Below are positions 58,986-64,000 of a stretch of 64,000 nucleotides of DNA, in pieces (within the stretch, counting starts at the first letter, position 1; each line of letters opens with the position of its first letter). The stretch comes from Elsinoe ampelina. Its lineage: Eukaryota. Below the pieces are notes generated by a model, which worked only from the letters and a program-made list of their open reading frames with translations, was not told the origin of the DNA and did not search any database. The stretch covers positions 282,506 to 346,505 of the forward strand of contig ML992508.1 in assembly GCA_010093995.1 (NCBI GenBank). Reading direction: 5' to 3'. The position numbers and the translations under genes are program-made.

Positions 58986-60197
58986 TCACGCCGCCACCTT
59001 CGTGAGCACACAAAAGTAGATCGGGCCCCAGCCATGCCCTCCACCCTCGCCATGATCCGGCAAACATATCCTCCCCACCTCACACCTCTCACTCCACTCA
59101 TCCAACCCCTCTACCACCCCATCCATCTCCACCACCTCCACCCCAAACCCACTCTTCCCCTTCCCCACCTTCTCCATCACCCCCTTCACCACCCCCTCAT
59201 TCTCCAACCGATCAATCGAACAAGTCGAGTACACCACCCTCCCTCCCACCCTGCACACCCGCAAAGCATTCATGAGCAACTCCCCCTGCAAGCGAACAAT
59301 AGTCTTCTTCCCCGCCGTCCCCGTGCGAAAACCAAGCATATCCGCACTCACGCCCCCGGACCTCTGCGCATTGACGTGAGACTGCACCACATGCCGCTCC
59401 GAAGAACAAGGCGCATCGAGAAGGACCTTGTCGTACCCCCTGCCCNNNNNNNNNNNNNNNNNNNNNNNNNNNNNNNNNNNCCCCTCCCCCTCCCACCCCA
59501 TCGGCACCGGCGCTTTGGAGACAAACTCCCCTCCCGCGCCATCCAGCTTCAACGCCCTCACCTTCCCCTCCCCTAGTAGATTCGAGGGGAAGTACCCCTC
59601 CAGATTCCGCACCAGTCTCGCGTGCCGCGCGGGGTGGGGTTCATTGCTGTGCAACGCCCCGTCGCTGTGTGAGGGATGTGAAGGGGGAGCGAACAGCGTT
59701 TGCCCGATGAGGAGTGATTTCCCGCCTGGCGAGGCGCAGAGGTCGAGGATGCGGTCGCCTGGGTGGGGGGAGAGGAGGAGGACGGGGAGGAGGGAGGCGG
59801 CGTCGAGGTTGTAGTGTGAGGAGAGCGGGGTGGAGGGGGAGACGGTGGAGGGGAGGGGTTGGGGTTGTGGGAGGAGATGGGTGGTAGGGGCTGGGGAGGG
59901 GTTGTCGGATGAAGAGGGAGGGTGGGTGAAGACTCGGGAGTGTAAGGGGGTGGTGATGGGGTTGGTGGGCGTGGTGGTGGGAGGTGGTCTGGGGAGATCG
60001 AGAGGGCAGAGGTCGTCGAGTGGGTGAAACTCCTTGACGAAGGGGTTGATGACCATGGCGTACTTCACTGGTCGAGAGAGAGCGGCGAAGAGGGTAGTGT
60101 CCCATCGTGAAGAGCTCCATAGTGTTGGTGAGGAATAGTACTTGTGGAAAGCTTCGATGGCGGCATCAGATCTTTTCCGGTCTGTTTTGTTTACCAT
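58986..60197 (-). CDS. NOL1/NOP2/Sun RNA m5C methyltransferase; CDS spans an assembly gap
   Basis: LDAASLLPV, ILDLCASPGGKS, YDKVLLDAPCSSE, VVYSTCS...EN and GPIYFCVL. Start is uncertain. Confidence 0.88.
   Translation of the reverse strand: MVNKTDRKRSDAAIEAFHKYYSSPTLWSSSRWDTTLFAALSRPVKYAMVINPFVKEFHPLDDLCPLDLPRPPPTTTPTNPITTPLHSRVFTHPPSSSDNPSPAPTTHLLPQPQPLPSTVSPSTPLSSHYNLDAASLLPVLLLSPHPGDRILDLCASPGGKSLLIGQTLFAPPSHPSHSDGALHSNEPHPARHARLVRNLEGYFPSNLLGEGKVRALKLDGAGGEFVSKAPVPMGWEGEGXXXXXXXXXXXXGRGYDKVLLDAPCSSERHVVQSHVNAQRSGGVSADMLGFRTGTAGKKTIVRLQGELLMNALRVCRVGGRVVYSTCSIDRLENEGVVKGVMEKVGKGKSGFGVEVVEMDGVVEGLDEWSERCEVGRICLPDHGEGGGHGWGPIYFCVLTKVAA
59446..59480. other. Assembly gap (35 N) in a homopolymeric G/C-rich tract
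   Basis: Run of N flanked by C-rich sequence. Confidence 1.
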
Positions 60198-60557
60198 AAT
60201 GGGCAAACTAGCTCAGACTCTCTGGGGTTCTTGCTAATAGTCCATCGTAACCACCATGATATTTGCGCCACAGAAGTCTCAGTATGTGTGACCAGACGAG
60301 GATGGGCTTCGACGGACCAGAGGCGAAGATGTTTGTGTGAGCAAAAGCTTCGTGAAGAAATTGACCATCGATACTCGGCCAGTCCTCCAGATAGCCAACA
60401 CCAGTATCGGATAATTCAAAGACGTCAGTATTTTTTTGTCAAGTCATCATATGAATGCTTCTGGAGAAATGCACGATATAGCTAATCTAGAGTGTATATT
60501 CCACCCATCGAATGTCCCCTCCTCCCTAAGCCTTGATCCCCGCCAGGCAGGGGACCA

Positions 60558-61538
60558 TCACAGTTTGCCCTTGGGCACCGCCTTAGGCCGCATGATACTA
60601 GCCTGCGTCATACTAGCAACCATAACACCATTCTCATCCCAAAGCTGACTCTCCGAATACGTCCTGCCCACAGCCCCCGAAATCGTCTTCCACTCCCTCA
60701 AATGCCACTTCGTAAGATCAAGCTCATTAGTGAATATGCGCATAGAAAAGTCCAACGACGAACAAGCGCCAGCGTCGTCGAGGAACATGCGTTGATGTGT
60801 CAGGGGAATGAAAGACACCGCTCCGTCCATGATGAAAGCCAAGGTGGATGCATTATCTGCTCTTGATGGTAGAGATGTTCGACACCGCCACCAATCTGCC
60901 GAGGTCCGATCTGTCAAGGGGAGATGATCTTGCGTTGTCGGACTATCCTTGATCATGCCGCTCATGGTCTGGGCGACAATGCCTTCGTCGCAGGGCCGAC
61001 TGTCGAACATGCGAGACATGAGACCAAAGGACTTTGCGTGCAGAGCTGCCATCTGTGGGGTGATCTTGCCTTGCTTGAGCGCCTTTTCTCTACGAGTGGG
61101 GAAATCCGAGTATGATTCGGCGTCCTTGTACTTCTGAGACGGGGGCTTTGAGTAAGTGAAGAGAGATGCTGGCTCGATCTTTTGAAAGTCTAGCAGAGTG
61201 ACAAGACATGATCGATCTGATCCGTCGTTCTGCTTTTGACTGACGGTGACTAGTCTCGTAGTAAATGTGCGTGTGTTACGGATGTCCTGAACCCGGCAGA
61301 GGAGTTTGCGGTCTGTCAATGCCGGACCTAGATAATTGCCAGCCATGGAGTAAAGGCGGTGGCCTTCGGGCAGGTGTTGATGAGCCGCCATCGCTGCCAC
61401 ACCTAGGGCGCATCCTCCGTATGCGATAGCGCGAGCATTGCCCATTTCTTCAGGATTACTTTGAGATTCGAAGACTCCTGGCGAGATCTCTCTCGCGCCA
61501 ACCACATCCAAGATAGTTCTACTCGGAGGCTGCGCCAT
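60558..61538 (-). CDS. Acyl-CoA thioesterase II (double hotdog fold)
   Basis: AYGGCAL, YS..GNYLGPA, R.TRTF.TR.V...Q, SSLDFSMR and GRTYSESQLW...G.MVASMTQ. Confidence 0.9.
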   Translation of the reverse strand: MAQPPSRTILDVVGAREISPGVFESQSNPEEMGNARAIAYGGCALGVAAMAAHQHLPEGHRLYSMAGNYLGPALTDRKLLCRVQDIRNTRTFTTRLVTVSQKQNDGSDRSCLVTLLDFQKIEPASLFTYSKPPSQKYKDAESYSDFPTRREKALKQGKITPQMAALHAKSFGLMSRMFDSRPCDEGIVAQTMSGMIKDSPTTQDHLPLTDRTSADWWRCRTSLPSRADNASTLAFIMDGAVSFIPLTHQRMFLDDAGACSSLDFSMRIFTNELDLTKWHLREWKTISGAVGRTYSESQLWDENGVMVASMTQASIMRPKAVPKGKL

Positions 61539-62101
61539 CTTGAGGAATCAGGGCTGAAGTAGATGTGGGAGATCGGAAAACTTCCTCGTCGTTCAGTATT
61601 GGAAATAGTAGTATCGAGCGCGCTTCATACATGAGGTGCAGTTCACAAGTCTTGTATGGACGTCTGAAAGAAGAGCCTCGGCCGACTTGCAAGCCCAACG
61701 GCGGTGCAGTGAAAGAATGTGGTATAGTAATCACGCCACTGGTAATGCACTTTGTGGGGAGCGTTCACTCATCTTAGCTTTACGGTCAGAAATGCACAAG
61801 TGTAGACACTAATCCCAAGATACCAGGAGTCTTGCGTTATCTGTGATCAGTATGTCATTACCAAACGATGATAGATAATTTGTCCGCACATCAATTAGCC
61901 GAGGTACGGATCGCAAGTCACGTGCATGGTTCAGCCTACAGCATGACAGTGATACAGGTCAAATGCAGGTGAGGGCAGATCATGGTATGTTAGGGCTGTT
62001 ATGATGCCCGTTGTACATATATTCCATTCATCCAACCAATACCGGCCTGGTCATTACCCTATGTAGGGACTGCTATGTGTACAAAAATGAAACGCGATCA
62101 G

Positions 62102-63318
62102 TCAGTCTACTGGAAGTCCAATGAGAGCAGCATGAACCAAGTTCCTGTCCTTCGGTCCATGTGAGACTGACACCTCCACCGTACGCGTGATCGTGAACTG
62201 CTCCTGCCGAGCTGGTAGTATCTTCTCCTGGCTGGAGATGCTCGATGCATGGGTTCTGACTCTGGTCTTGTCGTAAGGTGAAGTGCTCGGCGCAAGTTCT
62301 GGGTCTCTTGAGTCTGTGACGTTGCGGCGCATTACGCTTGACAGGCCGTGTCGTTTGAACAGAGGTCGAAGAATTGGGATGGTCGAAGCAATGATGACAA
62401 TGTTGAGCTCCACGGAGACCCAAATTACGTACGGTATAAGGTCGTAGGTGTAGTCGACCCATTCGCTGAGTACTTTCGATTCGATTGTCTTCTTGATGGA
62501 AGCCACCATTGCACTCGAAGAAGTCAGTATCGCTGGTAGTGACTATGTATAGACGGGACATACAGGAAGCTAAGACATAGCAGCGCCATGAGACCAATCC
62601 GAGACCTCCAGGTGAGCTTGCTGAATGAAACTACCACGGCTGGTAGGACTGTAAGGAAGAGATCCGTAAGACTGTTGAGCGAGCCGGAGACATATCCCCA
62701 CCATGTCTGAATCCTTGGATCCCAGCACTTGGTCGGGACCTCCTGTATCTTCCATAACGTCCACAGTATATCAAGATCCTTGCCGCATTGAGAGTACATG
62801 ACCGCCACGGAAGCCACATTCACTACCACCTGTAGCACCATGAAGAAGTAGATGGGCCATCTCTTGATTCGGGGATTCTCGCCAGTGACCCAGAGAAGGA
62901 AGAAGCAAAAGGAAAGTCGTCCAGCCATGGGTGAAAGGAAGGCCCAGGCGAACGAGTAGAAGCCGACTCGCAGAGTGTTTGAGAGGTGGTCTGGATTCGC
63001 AGCGATGTAGTACATGTGTCGACCAAGTCCAGTCTTCTGTGAAGCAGTAATACAGACACCATGCATCACGCCCATCACCTGTCATGCGTTAGTGGTAGTT
63101 TATATGTCGAAGCTGCTTCTTCCTACCAAGGCGAGAATGATGAATACATCGTCCCAGAATATCTTCCTGGCGATTTTGATCTTGACAAAGAGTCTAGCCG
63201 CACAGAAGACTGTTGAAATAGCCAGCAGAACCCAGATAATTCTGACCAGTGCCGGCCCTTGGTCGACATCAGGGCCTCTGTCCAGCGAATCCAACGTGGG
63301 CTGTTCAGTGGTGGCCAT
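62102..63318 (-). CDS. PTH11-like / fungal rhodopsin-domain integral membrane protein, 3 exons
   Basis: ARLFVK.....FWDD, GLGRH, GRLSFCFFL, QC...CW, TDLFLTVLP and W.SVELNIVIIASTIPILRPLF. Introns near 63079-63126 and 62510-62564. Confidence 0.88.
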
Positions 63319-64000
63319 GGTGATGCAATGGAAGAGCTTGACTCGTCGGTATAGAAGGCCAAGCTGGCTCACCACTGTCGACTACACTAAAACACCATGG
63401 GACAGATTTCGAAGTCGAAAAGAGAAGAGAAGCAATATGTTGAATATGTCACACAACAAACCGTCTGGGCTGAAGAAGACTGTGAAACGGGAGACAGCAG
63501 GCCTACTTTGAATGATTCGGCGGCTACTCTGCGGCCGTGACTCGCGCCCCCCAGTAGATCCGTAGATGCCTTTACTTTTCCTTCTCATGAGCGGGGATCA
63601 GTACATGGCGGGATGTAACAGAAGTTACAGAACTATGGACCGCTCGACTAGGGCGGAACAGGGAACAGCTGGGCTGCGTGTGTTTGGTACCCCCAAGCCC
63701 ACGTAAAGAGCACACCATCCCGACCCAGGAAGCTGCAGCCACTACGCGTAGACTCTGTGATCCGAAACGATGCGATCGAAAGCCATCAATCCTGCACCAG
63801 CCTAGCGAAAACGGGAGGGCAGATAGATGAAAGAGGGGAGGAGCAAAAAGCAAGATGGCAACTGTGCACACTACTGCGCACCACACCGACGGCACCGGAC
63901 TGGTCGATTTTCGCCTCCTTTGCGCCCCTGGACCTGCCGACGAATCAGCATCCTGAACCACGGCCTTGGCTGAGAGTGTGATGGTCCTGTCAGTGTTCAC

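Noticed and set aside
63572..64000. 142-aa minus-strand ORF at the window edge
   Set aside because: No recognisable motif; probably upstream or UTR sequence of the PTH11-like gene.

Overview
Gene-dense window from a filamentous ascomycete: short GT-AG introns with CTRAC branch points, RIP-mutated transposons, pectin/xylan-degrading enzymes and PTH11-like receptors. It is probably a plant-associated Dothideomycete (inference only). About 28 protein-coding genes can be supported, including a UBP8-like protease, complex I 40-kDa subunit, ZDS1, URA5, an NCS1 permease, PRE10, EAF1 and MAK11. The standout is a three-gene block at 2439-6819, between two housekeeping genes. A viperin/RSAD2 radical-SAM gene sits head-to-head (171 bp apart) with a divergent UMP-CMP/adenylate-kinase-family gene and is followed by a CYTH (thiamine-triphosphatase-like) gene. 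This is a candidate fungal antiviral ddhNTP module that parallels the vertebrate RSAD2-CMPK2 pair, but uses a different kinase family and adds a triphosphatase. Also present: a full-length RIP-inactivated PIF/Harbinger transposon (TIRs and CTG TSD resolved) next to four tandem paralogous 4-Cys small secreted proteins, a RIP-inactivated piggyBac, several tandem repeats, and repeated C-rich-to-G-rich skew switches. All assignments come from motif recognition by eye; no database searches were run.
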